From NCBI GenBank assembly GCA_013178165.1, contig JABLXG010000003.1:39711-103710 (forward strand): a stretch of DNA of 64,000 bases. Reading direction: 5' to 3'. This document shows, one piece after another, positions 55,834-64,000 of this stretch. This DNA comes from Anaerolineae bacterium. GTDB lineage: Bacteria; Chloroflexota; Anaerolineae; Aggregatilineales; Ch27. The notes under the pieces were generated by a model. The model was not told the DNA's origin. It saw only the letters and a program-made list of their open reading frames with translations, and did not search any database. Each line of letters begins with the position of its first letter. Position 1 is the stretch's first letter. The translations under genes were made by a program, and so were the position numbers.

Positions 55834-57020
55834 TCGATCTCACCGCTACTTCCGTGTTGGATCTCCTCTCCCTGATCATCGTGATCTCGTTCACGTATCA
55901 TCTGGTGTTGCTGTACGAGGTCGCCGTCTTCACCCGCCAGGAAGATGATCCAGCAACGCCCTACGAGCCGCCAGTGACCCTGCTCAAGCCGCTGACAGAG
56001 TGGACGGAACAGGTGCGGCTCAACCTGCTGTCCTTCTGCCAGCAGCATTACCCCGACTATGAGATGATCATCGGTCTCCCCCACCGCGAAACCCTGGACA
56101 CCGCTCAGGCGGCGCTGGCGGCGGGGCCATGTAACTCCAGGGCGCGCTGGGAGGTCTGCCATCCTGAACTGACCGCCAACCCCAAGATCAGCGAACTGCT
56201 GGCTCTCTACCCCGGCGCCAGGCATGACATCCTGATCCTGAGCGACGCCGACATTCGCGTCGGACCGGATTACATCTCCCAGGTTGTCGCCCCCCTGCGC
56301 GATCCGCAGATCGGCGCGGTAACCTGCCTTTACACCACGCCGGAAGCCTCAACGCTGGCCGGGACGGTGGAAGCGCTGATCATCAATGTAGACTTCATCC
56401 CATCGGTGCTGGTGGCCCACCACCTGTTTGGTTCGCGATTCGCGCTCGGTGCGACCATCGCGCTCCGCCGCGCCACGCTGGAAGCCGTCGGCGGTCTGGA
56501 GGCGCTGGCGGACTACCTGGCCGACGATTACCAGCTTGGCCTGCGGGTATGCCGGGCCGGCTACCGGATCGCCATCTCTCGCCACATCGTGCAGAATCAC
56601 CTGCCCCGGATGAGCCTGAGCGACCTGTATCGGCACCAGCTGCGCTGGGCACGGACGATCCGGGTGAACCAGCCGGTTGGCTGGCTATTCAGCTGCATCA
56701 GTTTCCTGACCGGCTGGGCGGCGCTCTGGCTGGCGACCAGCGATTTTTCGGCGGTTGGCTGGCGGCTGCTGGCCATGACGGTCGTCTTCCGTCTGCTGGA
56801 AGGGGCTTACCTCAACGACAACCTGAACGGGCTGCGGGGATACTGGCGGATAGCCTGGCTGATGCCAATCAAGGATGCCTTCTATATGCTGGTATGGTTC
56901 CTCAGCTTCACCGGCAACCGCGTTCATTGGGCCGGGCGGGAATACGTGGTCAGCCGCGACGGATACATGACCCGTGCAGGGGTATCCGAGAGCGAGGGGA
57001 TGCTTCACCGATCGCCGTAG
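55830..57020 (+). CDS. membrane glycosyltransferase, GT21/GT2 (ceramide-glucosyltransferase / HpnI-like)
   Basis: N-terminal TM helix, then LLKPL, SDADI, LADDYQLG and QLRWARTIR ((Q/R)xxRW) motifs, and C-terminal TM helices. Confidence 0.8.
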   Translation: MIDLTATSVLDLLSLIIVISFTYHLVLLYEVAVFTRQEDDPATPYEPPVTLLKPLTEWTEQVRLNLLSFCQQHYPDYEMIIGLPHRETLDTAQAALAAGPCNSRARWEVCHPELTANPKISELLALYPGARHDILILSDADIRVGPDYISQVVAPLRDPQIGAVTCLYTTPEASTLAGTVEALIINVDFIPSVLVAHHLFGSRFALGATIALRRATLEAVGGLEALADYLADDYQLGLRVCRAGYRIAISRHIVQNHLPRMSLSDLYRHQLRWARTIRVNQPVGWLFSCISFLTGWAALWLATSDFSAVGWRLLAMTVVFRLLEGAYLNDNLNGLRGYWRIAWLMPIKDAFYMLVWFLSFTGNRVHWAGREYVVSRDGYMTRAGVSESEGMLHRSP

Positions 57021-57823
57021 GTGGTGAGTACAATCCGCCGCTCCGCGATCACCTGCCGGACGCGCGTGCTGCATAGCGCGGCCAGTTCACGGCGACCCTG
57101 CATAGTATCCAGGCGCGGATGCAGGTAAAGCTCAAAGCAACCTTCCGGCAGGCGCTGCAACAACCGGATAAGGTAGGTCTCATCAATTGTCCCGGTGCGC
57201 AACAGGCCAAACACCCCGTCAACGCCGGGCGAGACAACCCGCCTGCGACGGCGGTAGGCCGCAGCCAGCAGGCCAAACACCAGCGCATAGCCGATCTGCT
57301 GCCGGGCATAGCGGCGATCCGCCGCCAGCGCCAGCCGCCATGACTCCGCCGGGAAGCGAATGTGCGGTCTGCCCAGTCGGTCGGCTGCCTCTACCAGCAG
57401 GTCAAACACCAGCGGATGGACATGAAAATGACGGTGGCTGTTCAGATGATCCGGCGGTAGCCCTGTCTCCTGAAAGCGTGTCACCTGCGCCTCGACCTCC
57501 CGCCGCAGTTCGCGCCGCGCCGCCGCGCTGAACATCCAGCGCACCCCCGCCGCCAGCGGATTCTCCGGGAAGCACCCCTGCGTATCCACCAGATGCGGCA
57601 CCTCCTCCGGCGGCAGGCATGACCGCCCGCTGAGCAGCACCAAGTGCAGCCCAACCCGCAGGCCGGGCAATTCCCGCGCCAGGGCGACCGCTTCATCAAC
57701 CGCTTCGCCGGTGACCATCAGGCTGGCGCTGGTCAGGATGCCCGTCCGAAATGCCTCAGCAATGGCAGCGTTGACGGCTGGCGCAGCGCCAAAATCGTCC
57801 CCGTTGACAATCAAACGCGGCAT
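57005..57823 (-). CDS. YdjC/ChbG/HpnK-family carbohydrate deacetylase
   Basis: MPRLIVNGDDFGAAPAVNAAIAEAFRTGILTSASLMV...GLHLVL is the canonical YdjC N-terminus. Confidence 0.85.
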   Translation of the reverse strand: MPRLIVNGDDFGAAPAVNAAIAEAFRTGILTSASLMVTGEAVDEAVALARELPGLRVGLHLVLLSGRSCLPPEEVPHLVDTQGCFPENPLAAGVRWMFSAAARRELRREVEAQVTRFQETGLPPDHLNSHRHFHVHPLVFDLLVEAADRLGRPHIRFPAESWRLALAADRRYARQQIGYALVFGLLAAAYRRRRRVVSPGVDGVFGLLRTGTIDETYLIRLLQRLPEGCFELYLHPRLDTMQGRRELAALCSTRVRQVIAERRIVLTTYGDR

Positions 57824-58002
57824 GATTCCTTCTCTTTATGACCAGCGCCAGGAAGCGCCCCCCGATCCCGCTACTACGCTGAGCAGGCGTGGTCAGCGCT
57901 GCTAACCTAACTGTACCACGCCGTACACCACTTCCTCCAGCGGCGCAAAGCATGCTATCCTTGACGCGATCCCTGCGCCACCAGTCACCGGAAAGAAGTG
58001 CC

Positions 58003-58986
58003 ATGACCCGACCGCGTGTCTTCATCACCCGTGTCATCCCTGAGGAAGGGCTGGCCCTGCTGCGCGACGCCTGCATGATCGATCTGTGGGAGGACGAACT
58101 GCCGCCGCCCTATGACATCCTCCAGCGCCGGACGGCTGAGGCTGACGGTCTGCTCTGCCTGCTCTCCGACCGGATCGACGCTGCCCTGCTGGAGGCCGCC
58201 CCGCGCCTGCGCGTGATCAGCCAGATGGCCGTCGGCTACGACAATATTGACATCGCCGCCTGCACCGCCCACGGCCTGCCGGTCGGCCATACGCCCGGCG
58301 TCCTGACGGAAACCACCGCCGACTTCGCTTTTGCCCTGCTCATGGCTGCGGCGCGGCGCATCCCGGAAGCGGAGCGCTATGCCCGCGCCGGGCGCTGGAA
58401 AACCTGGGGGCCGACCCTGCTGCTGGGCCGCGACATCCATGGGGCGACGCTGGGCATCATCGGCATGGGGCGGATCGGCCAGGCCGTTGCCCGTCGGGCG
58501 CGCGGCTTCGCGATGCGCCTCCTCTACACCGACCGGGCCGAAGTTCCAGAAGCCGCCGCCCTGGGCGCAGAATACCGCCCGCTGGACGCCCTGCTGGCCG
58601 AAAGCGACTTCGTCAGTCTGCACGTCCCGCTCACGCCGGAGACGTTCCACCTGATCGACGCACGGGCGCTGAGCCTGATGCAGCCAACCGCCATCCTGAT
58701 CAACACCGCCCGCGGGCCGGTTGTCGACCACATGGCGCTCTATCATGCGCTGACCGGCGGCCAGATCGCCGCTGCCGCTCTGGACGTGACCGATCCAGAG
58801 CCGCTGCCGCCCGATTCTCCACTGCTGAGGCTGGATAACTGCCTGGTCGTACCGCACATCGCCAGCGCCAGTGTGGCTACGCGGGGGCGAATGGCGGTCA
58901 TGGCCGCCGAAAATCTGCTGGCCGGACTGCGCGGGGAACGCCTGCCCCACCCCGTCAACCCGGAAGTCTTCGACCGGCGGGGCTGA
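58003..58986 (+). CDS. glyoxylate/hydroxypyruvate reductase-type D-2-hydroxyacid dehydrogenase
   Basis: [39 protein letters not shown] and PHIASAS blocks (GhrB/GyaR-like). ATG 58003 is preferred over the upstream GTG/ATG without an SD. Confidence 0.85.
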   Translation: MTRPRVFITRVIPEEGLALLRDACMIDLWEDELPPPYDILQRRTAEADGLLCLLSDRIDAALLEAAPRLRVISQMAVGYDNIDIAACTAHGLPVGHTPGVLTETTADFAFALLMAAARRIPEAERYARAGRWKTWGPTLLLGRDIHGATLGIIGMGRIGQAVARRARGFAMRLLYTDRAEVPEAAALGAEYRPLDALLAESDFVSLHVPLTPETFHLIDARALSLMQPTAILINTARGPVVDHMALYHALTGGQIAAAALDVTDPEPLPPDSPLLRLDNCLVVPHIASASVATRGRMAVMAAENLLAGLRGERLPHPVNPEVFDRRG

Positions 58987-59021
58987 TCCAGCGCTACGGT
59001 TATTCAGGAGGAGAAGCCAAA

Positions 59022-60248
59022 ATGAGCAAGCTGGCCCTACTGGGAGGAACTCCCGTCCGCGCCACGCCGTTCACCGTCTGGCCGCAATACGACGAGCGCG
59101 AGCGCCAGGCCCTGCTGGAAGTGCTGGAGAGCCGCGTGTGGTGGCGCACGCCCGGCACACACGCCCTGCGCTTTGAGCAGGAATTCGCCGCCTATCACCA
59201 GGCCCGGCACGGTATCGCCGTCACCAACGGCACCGCCGCGCTGGAAGTCGCTATGGCCGCCCTGGGGATCGGCCCCGGCGACGAGGTTATCGTCCCAGAC
59301 TATACGTTTGTGGCCACTGCCAGCGCTGTGCTGTTCGCCGGGGCGCGCCCGGTCTTTGTGGATGTCGACCCGCGCACCTACTGCCTTGACCCCGGCCTGG
59401 CAGAAGCAGCCATCACCGAACGCACCAGAGCGATCATCGCCGTGCACCTGGGCGGGCATCCCGCCGACCTGGATCGTCTGACCGCCCTCGCCCGCCGCCA
59501 CAACCTGCACCTGGTTGAGGATAGCTCCCATGCCCACGGCTCCGAGTGGCGCGGGCGCAAGATCGGGGCGATCGGCGACATCGGGACGTTCAGCTTCCAG
59601 CAGAGCAAACTGATGACCGCCGGCGAAGGCGGGATCGTTATCACCAACGACGACGCCATCGAGCGCCAGGCCCGCGCTGCCCACGACTGCGGGCGGATGC
59701 CCGGCGAGTGGTTCTACGCGCACTTCGTCTACGGCTCCAATTACCGCCTGAGCGAGTGGCAGGCGGCGATCCTCAGCCAGCAACTGGCTCGCCTGGATGA
59801 ACAGGCCGCTGTACGGTCGCGGGCCGCCGCTTACCTGAACGAGCACCTGGCCCGGATCGAAGGGATCACCCCCCAGGCGCTTGACCCGCGCTGCACCCGC
59901 AACGGGCACTATGCCTACATCTTCCACTACGATCGCGCCGCCTTCGCCAACGCGCCAACGGAACGGTTCATCCAGGCCCTCAACGCGGAAGGCATCCCGA
60001 CCCAGGCCAGCTACCCGCCCCTGCATCAACTGGCTCTTTTCCAGAGCGGTGAGTACCTCAAGCGTCTGCCGCCCGATCAGCGGGACGTTGAGCCGCCCTT
60101 CCTGCACCAGAGCTTCCCCAACACGGCCCGCGCCGCCTGGGAAACGGTCTGGCTGCCCCATTACACCCTGCTGGGCGGCGAGGAAGACGCGGCCAGCATC
60201 GTGGAGGCCGTGCGCAAAATTCAGCACCTGGCCCGCGATCTGCTGTAG
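59022..60248 (+). CDS. DegT/DnrJ/EryC1/StrS-family PLP-dependent sugar aminotransferase
   Basis: ALLGG.P...FE.EFA.Y...HGIAV.NGTAALE.A...GIGPGDEVIVP.YTF.AT and FSFQQSKLMTAGEGG (PLP Lys). GGAGGAG SD. Confidence 0.88.
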   Translation: MSKLALLGGTPVRATPFTVWPQYDERERQALLEVLESRVWWRTPGTHALRFEQEFAAYHQARHGIAVTNGTAALEVAMAALGIGPGDEVIVPDYTFVATASAVLFAGARPVFVDVDPRTYCLDPGLAEAAITERTRAIIAVHLGGHPADLDRLTALARRHNLHLVEDSSHAHGSEWRGRKIGAIGDIGTFSFQQSKLMTAGEGGIVITNDDAIERQARAAHDCGRMPGEWFYAHFVYGSNYRLSEWQAAILSQQLARLDEQAAVRSRAAAYLNEHLARIEGITPQALDPRCTRNGHYAYIFHYDRAAFANAPTERFIQALNAEGIPTQASYPPLHQLALFQSGEYLKRLPPDQRDVEPPFLHQSFPNTARAAWETVWLPHYTLLGGEEDAASIVEAVRKIQHLARDLL

Positions 60249-60268
60249 GGTACCGGGCACGGGAATCA

Positions 60269-60298
60269 AAGAGGCCGGGGCGATCCCGGCCTCTTTTC
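60269..60298. terminator. bidirectional intrinsic terminator between the DegT-like and DppC-like genes
   Basis: AAAGAGGCCGGG (60269..60280) pairs with CCCGGCCTCTTT (60286..60297) around a 5-nt loop. A/T runs lie on both sides. Confidence 0.75.
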
Positions 60299-60318
60299 GT
60301 GCGCGTGAATGGCTTGTC

Positions 60319-61158
60319 CTACCCCCGCGCCTTGCGCACGCGCGGATCGGCCAGGTCGCGCAGGCCATCCCCCACGAAGTTGAAAGCCATCACCACGGTG
60401 AAGATCGCCAGGCCGGGGAACGTGCTCAGCCACCACTGGTCGAAGTTGCTGACGCCGTCGGCCACCATGCGCCCCCACTCCGGCGTGGAAGGGTCCGCAC
60501 CCAGGCCCAGAAAGCTCAGCCCGGCGAAGAGCAGGATGGCGTTGCCGATGTCCAGCGTGGCCATGACGATGGCCGGGGCCAGGCAGTTCGGCAGGATCGT
60601 CCGGAAGAGGATGTGACGGTCGGAGGCTCCCAGGGCGCGGGCCGCCTCCACATAGTCGTTGGATTTGACACTGACCACCAGACTGCGCACGATACGGGCG
60701 TAGTTGGGCCACCAGACCAGCACCATGGCGATCACGGCGTTGATCACGCTCGGCCCCAACGCGGCGGCGATGGCCATGGCCAGGATGATCGTCGGGAAGG
60801 CCATGAAGATCTCTGTCCCGCGCATCAGCAACTCATCCCACATGCCCCCCGCATACCCGGCCACCGCGCCGACCAACGTCCCGATCACCGTCGAGATGAT
60901 GATGACCAGCAGCCCCGCCGGCAGGGAAATCCGCCCGCCATACAGCACGCGGGTCAACACATCGCGGCCCAGCTGGTCGGTGCCCATCAGGTTCTCCTGG
61001 CTGGGGGGGTGCAGGCGGTTGACCATGTTCTGCTCCAGCGGCCCGTAAGGAGCAATCAGGTGCGCCACCAGTGAGATCGTGAACCAGATCAGACAGATCA
61101 CCACCCCCACTGCCATCAATGGGTTGCGGGCGATCTGAATGCGCAGCGTACGCATCAT
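60319..61158 (-). CDS. Opp/Dpp-family ABC transporter permease (DppC-like)
   Basis: 279 aa, 6 TM segments, and the typical SL.AG......ST.IG...G..AGY block of OppC/DppC. Confidence 0.88.
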   Translation of the reverse strand: MMRTLRIQIARNPLMAVGVVICLIWFTISLVAHLIAPYGPLEQNMVNRLHPPSQENLMGTDQLGRDVLTRVLYGGRISLPAGLLVIIISTVIGTLVGAVAGYAGGMWDELLMRGTEIFMAFPTIILAMAIAAALGPSVINAVIAMVLVWWPNYARIVRSLVVSVKSNDYVEAARALGASDRHILFRTILPNCLAPAIVMATLDIGNAILLFAGLSFLGLGADPSTPEWGRMVADGVSNFDQWWLSTFPGLAIFTVVMAFNFVGDGLRDLADPRVRKARG

Positions 61159-61170
61159 GCCAGGCCGCTC

Positions 61171-62187
61171 CTATAAGCGAATCCGGGGATCGAGGATGTA
61201 ATAAAGCATGTCCACAATCAGGTTGGTGAGCACAAAGACCAGCGCGATCAGCATACTCACCCCCATGATCGAGGGGAAGTCCAGGCTGCGGGCCGAATCA
61301 TAGGCGAAGCGCCCGATGCCGCCCCAGGAGAAGATCGTCTCCGTCAGCACCGCGCCGGTCAACAGGTTGCCATACGATAGCCCGATCACAGTCACCACAG
61401 GCAGCAGGGCGTTGCGCAGGCCATGCCGCAGGATCACCGTCCGCTCCCGCAGACCCTTGCTGCGTGCCGTTGTAATGTAATCCATTGACAGTACATCCAG
61501 CATGGCCGAGCGGGTGATGCGCGTGATCAACCCGGCGGAATAGGCCCCCAGCACTACCGCCGGCAGGATCAGGTGCGCCAGGGCGTTACCCAGTGTGCGC
61601 CACTGCCCGGCCACCAGCGCGTCGATCGTATACAGGCCGGTCACTGCTGGCGGCGGCGGGATCACGGCGTCCAGCCGCCCTGGCCCCGGCAGAATACGCA
61701 ACCGCAGGTAGAGCAGCAACAGCGCCACCAACGCCAGCCAGAACACCGGCGCACTGACCCCGATCAGGGAGATGATCCGGGCGATAAAGTCGATCGGGCG
61801 GTTGCGCCACACCGCCGAGATCACGCCCAGCGGGACGCCAACCAGCAGGGCCACGATAATCCCCGCCGTCGCCAGTTCCACCGTCGCGGGCATGTAGCGC
61901 AACAGTTCGTCGGCCACCGGCCGCCGCGTACGGATGGATGTCCCCATATCACCACTGAGCAGGTTGCGCAGGTACGTGAAGTACTGGACAAAAAACGGCT
62001 CGTCCAGCCCCCACTTGGCCCGGAAGGCGGCCACGATCTCCGGGTCAGCGGCAGCGCGCTCGCCCAGGTTGGCGGCCATCGGATCGCTGGGAACCAGATT
62101 GGCGATGATGAAGGAAACCAGCGAGATGCCGATCACCAGCGGCACGGCCAGCAGCAAACGTCGCAGAAAATAGGCGGATAACGACAT
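61171..62187 (-). CDS. Opp/Dpp-family ABC transporter permease (DppB-like)
   Basis: The MSLSAYFLRRLLLAVPLVIGISLVSFII start is canonical for DppB/OppB. ATG 62187 is preferred over the 54-codon upstream extension. Confidence 0.88.
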   Translation of the reverse strand: MSLSAYFLRRLLLAVPLVIGISLVSFIIANLVPSDPMAANLGERAAADPEIVAAFRAKWGLDEPFFVQYFTYLRNLLSGDMGTSIRTRRPVADELLRYMPATVELATAGIIVALLVGVPLGVISAVWRNRPIDFIARIISLIGVSAPVFWLALVALLLLYLRLRILPGPGRLDAVIPPPPAVTGLYTIDALVAGQWRTLGNALAHLILPAVVLGAYSAGLITRITRSAMLDVLSMDYITTARSKGLRERTVILRHGLRNALLPVVTVIGLSYGNLLTGAVLTETIFSWGGIGRFAYDSARSLDFPSIMGVSMLIALVFVLTNLIVDMLYYILDPRIRL

Positions 62188-62297
62188 AGGCGTTCTACCA
62201 ATGTGAGCAGGCAGCCAGGAGCCAGAGCAAACAAAGCACGAGGAAGAAGGCCAGCCCCTGACCAACTCAGGTGTACACAGCGCCAGGGCGCTATATA

Positions 62298-62338
62298 AAG
62301 ACGGGGGAGCCGCGCCGGGGCACGGCCCCCACCGTCTT
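62298..62338 (-). terminator. imperfect stem-loop plus TTTATATA after the SBP gene (attenuator candidate)
   Basis: AAGACGG (62298..62304) pairs with CCGTCTT (62332..62338), with additional inner GGG/CCC and GCC/GGC pairs. On the minus strand it is followed by TTTATATAG. Confidence 0.4.
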
Positions 62339-62359
62339 ACATCTGCCAACGCAGCAGGG

Positions 62360-63934
62360 CTAAAAGCTCAGCAGAGACAGGTCCACGCGCCACTGACCGT
62401 TATAATTGAAGCCCTTGAGCGTAGCATTATAGGCAAAGTGCACGCCCGGCTGGAACAGCGGCGCGAACGGCCCGGACTGCTGTTCGTAGAGCTGGATTTC
62501 CCGGAACAGCTGGTTGCGGACTTCCGGGTCAGTCTCCACCTTAACCTTGTCGCGCAGTTCCAGGATGGTCGCGTCGGCGTTCTCGTCCGTCCAGTTGGCG
62601 CGCTTGCCCACCACACCGCCCGGCAGGAACTCCACATAGTCCAGCGTGTCGTAGTAGTCCGGGTTCCACAGCCACAGGCCAAAACCGTGCCGTCCACCGC
62701 GGTAGGCCTCCAGCGAGACCTGCAGCTCTTCCGGCACCAGGTTCACCGTGATGCCCACCTCGGCCAGGTCCGCCTGGACCTTCTGGGCGACCAGGGAGAA
62801 CTGGGTGCCGATGTAGGTGAAGTCCGGGTAGCGCAGGTCAACCGTGAAGCCATCGGGGTAACCGGCCTCGGTCAGCAGGCTGCGGGCCATCTCCAGATCG
62901 CGTGGCAGCGCCTCCGAAGCGTCCAGCGCCCCGGCGAAGCCCAACGGGACCATCGCCGCCGGCGTGTTGGTACCCGCACCGCCCAGCAGCTTCAGGCCTT
63001 CGTAATCCAGGGCATAGCGCACAGCAAGCTGTACCTTCGGATCGCTCATCGGGCCGCCGATCTCTGGATCCTGGTTCATCAGCAGGAAGATCAGCGTGTC
63101 GCTCTGGGTGGAATACACGGAGATGTTGGGGTTGCCCTCCAGCGAGGGGAGCTGGTCAGCGGTGATGTCCATGGCAATGTGGATGTCGCCAGCTTCCAGG
63201 GCCAGCTTCTGGGTAGCAGCCTCCGGCATGTTGCGGATGATGATCCGGTCAAAGTATGGTGCCTCGCCCCAGTAATTGGGATTGCGAACCAGCACGGTTT
63301 GCACGGTCGGCTCGTAGAAGTCGACCATGTACGGGCCGGTCCCGGCGGAGTTATCGTTGAACCACAGTTCGGCGGTATCAGCCTCAGAGGCGTTCTCAGC
63401 GTCCGTCCCACCCTGAGCGCGAACCACGTCGGCATTGACCACCGAGAAGGCGTCAAAAACCAGCTTGGCCAGGATGGCGGGGTCCGGCGCAGCAAGGGTC
63501 AGGACGACCGTGCGCTCATCCGGAGCTTCGACGCTGACAATGCCGTCCGCCAGGAAGGCCGGGTTATCCTTGAGGTTCTTCATGCGGTTGAAGCTGAAGA
63601 CCACATCCTCGGCAGTCAGCGGGTCGCCATTGGAGAAGACCACGTCACCCCGCAGGGTGAAAGTATAAACCAGACCATCGTCGCTGATCGTCCAGCTTTC
63701 GGCCAGGTTGGGCAGGATTTCGCTCACCGAATCAGTCGGGAATGTAACCAGCGTGTCGTAGACAATCTTGTGGATCAGGGAGCCGCCCGGCTCGTAGGCG
63801 CGGTGCACGTCCAGGCCGTTGTAGTCCTCAGAGAGGCCAACGACCAGTACCTTTTCCTCCTGGGCTGCTGCGCCGCCAAAGGCCAGCAGGCTCAGGAGCG
63901 ACACCACTACAAGAAGTCCATAAAGGCGTCGCAT
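62360..63934 (-). CDS. family-5 (Opp/Dpp-type) ABC substrate-binding protein
   Basis: Signal peptide MRRLYGLLVVVSLLSLLAFGGAAAQ. 524 aa with family-5 SBP blocks. AAGGAG SD. Confidence 0.88.
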   Translation of the reverse strand: MRRLYGLLVVVSLLSLLAFGGAAAQEEKVLVVGLSEDYNGLDVHRAYEPGGSLIHKIVYDTLVTFPTDSVSEILPNLAESWTISDDGLVYTFTLRGDVVFSNGDPLTAEDVVFSFNRMKNLKDNPAFLADGIVSVEAPDERTVVLTLAAPDPAILAKLVFDAFSVVNADVVRAQGGTDAENASEADTAELWFNDNSAGTGPYMVDFYEPTVQTVLVRNPNYWGEAPYFDRIIIRNMPEAATQKLALEAGDIHIAMDITADQLPSLEGNPNISVYSTQSDTLIFLLMNQDPEIGGPMSDPKVQLAVRYALDYEGLKLLGGAGTNTPAAMVPLGFAGALDASEALPRDLEMARSLLTEAGYPDGFTVDLRYPDFTYIGTQFSLVAQKVQADLAEVGITVNLVPEELQVSLEAYRGGRHGFGLWLWNPDYYDTLDYVEFLPGGVVGKRANWTDENADATILELRDKVKVETDPEVRNQLFREIQLYEQQSGPFAPLFQPGVHFAYNATLKGFNYNGQWRVDLSLLSF

Positions 63935-64000
63935 GGGTCACTACTCCTTACTTTGTGGGTGCATGAACAACTATTGAGTGGCACTACTGGCAGAATTATA

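Noticed and set aside
55830-57823. Annotating the GT21/YdjC pair literally as hopanoid genes hpnI/hpnK.
   Set aside because: No squalene-hopene cyclase, hpnH, hpnG or hpnJ is in the window. The family resemblance alone does not establish the acceptor lipid.
300-60368. Many very long ORFs antisense to, or frame-shifted from, the called genes. Examples: 300..1535 (-), 3803..5797 (-), 5676..7667 (-), 7616..9160 (-), 16701..18191 (+), 18227..19639 (+), 22039..23523 (+), 25166..26464 (-), 27648..29006 (-), 31763..33211 (-), 35130..36332 (+), 39805..41151 (-), 49063..50472 (-), 52556..53866 (-), 57985..58950 (-), 59037..60368 (-).
   Set aside because: These are typical shadow ORFs of GC-rich DNA. 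Their translations are dominated by Arg/Ala/Gly/Pro/Asp runs with no recognisable domains or SD sites. Each is fully covered by an opposite-strand or other-frame ORF with clear family signatures.
5667-62349. N-terminal extensions of ORF-track models: 5667 for iolD, 7622 for iolE, 11923 for GH172, 25287 for lyxose isomerase, 27666 for the di-iron protein, 31898 for SBP1, 43656 for the FSA-like gene, 46940 for the FGGY kinase, 47875 for the AKR, 49045 for SBP2, 52193 for cPGI, 57889 for the reductase, 62349 for DppB.
   Set aside because: In each case an internal start codon has a good Shine-Dalgarno at the right spacing and matches the usual family N-terminus. The extension overlaps the upstream gene or a hairpin and looks non-protein-like. 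Starts remain predictions.
1-64000. Search for CRISPR arrays, tRNA/rRNA genes, transposases, integrases, toxin-antitoxin pairs, restriction-modification or other defence genes, and long direct or tandem repeats.
   Set aside because: None was seen. Every ORF over about 120 aa with coding character is metabolic, transport or regulatory. Intergenic regions are short and contain only hairpins and short palindromes. A computational repeat and tRNA scan would be needed to be certain.

Overview
GC-rich bacterial chromosomal segment. Most 60-nt lines I sampled are about 65-75% GC. It is densely coding: I call 52 CDS and tally about 4.4 kb of non-coding sequence. I saw no rRNA, tRNA, CRISPR array, transposase, integrase or phage genes. 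Strong GGAGG Shine-Dalgarno sites, a twin-arginine signal (SRREFLK) on one binding protein and the glycosidase repertoire would fit a saprophytic Chloroflexota-like organism, but taxonomy cannot be assigned from this window.

The window is a carbohydrate-utilisation super-locus made of about 15 transcription units:
1. (+) nagA-like, a cyclase-fold gene, then a myo-inositol operon iolA-C-B-D-E-G (345..9640).
2. ykgJ-like; GH51 arabinofuranosidase divergent from DUF2961/GH172 plus a Gfo/Idh/MocA oxidoreductase.
3. A long minus-strand operon (25179 down to 14318): D-lyxose/mannose isomerase, an unknown 531-aa protein, GH2, GH35, a URO-D-like protein, GH65.
4. A second URO-D-like gene, a ferritin-like di-iron candidate, then an operon of a third URO-D-like gene, GH38 and a CUT1 ABC importer.
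5. An AraR-type regulator (GntR wHTH plus sugar-binding domain) with a YicI-like GH31.
6. A mosaic deoxyhexose/ketodeoxy-acid cluster: kdgK, Zn-ADH, fucose-isomerase-family protein, FSA-type aldolase, FucU, eda, FGGY kinase, AKR.
7. A HutC-type regulator, a second CUT1 importer, an archaeal-type cupin phosphoglucose isomerase and a 2-hydroxyacid dehydrogenase.
8. A single low-GC DUF4256 gene.
9. A GT21 (HpnI-like) glycosyltransferase, a YdjC/HpnK-like deacetylase and a DegT aminotransferase.
10. An Opp/Dpp-type importer without ATPase genes.

Most worth following up:
- The repeated URO-D-fold paralogues and the di-iron protein embedded among glycosidases. Their function is unknown.
- A recurring AraR-box-like operator, TGT(C/A)TA(G/T)ACA with RGACAA half-sites, that ties several of these units to the AraR-type regulator.
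- The FSA-type aldolase sitting where a FucA-type aldolase would be expected.
- The cupin PGI.
- The GT21/YdjC pair, which occurs without any hopanoid genes in this window.

All family calls come from reading the translated ORFs. No database search was run.
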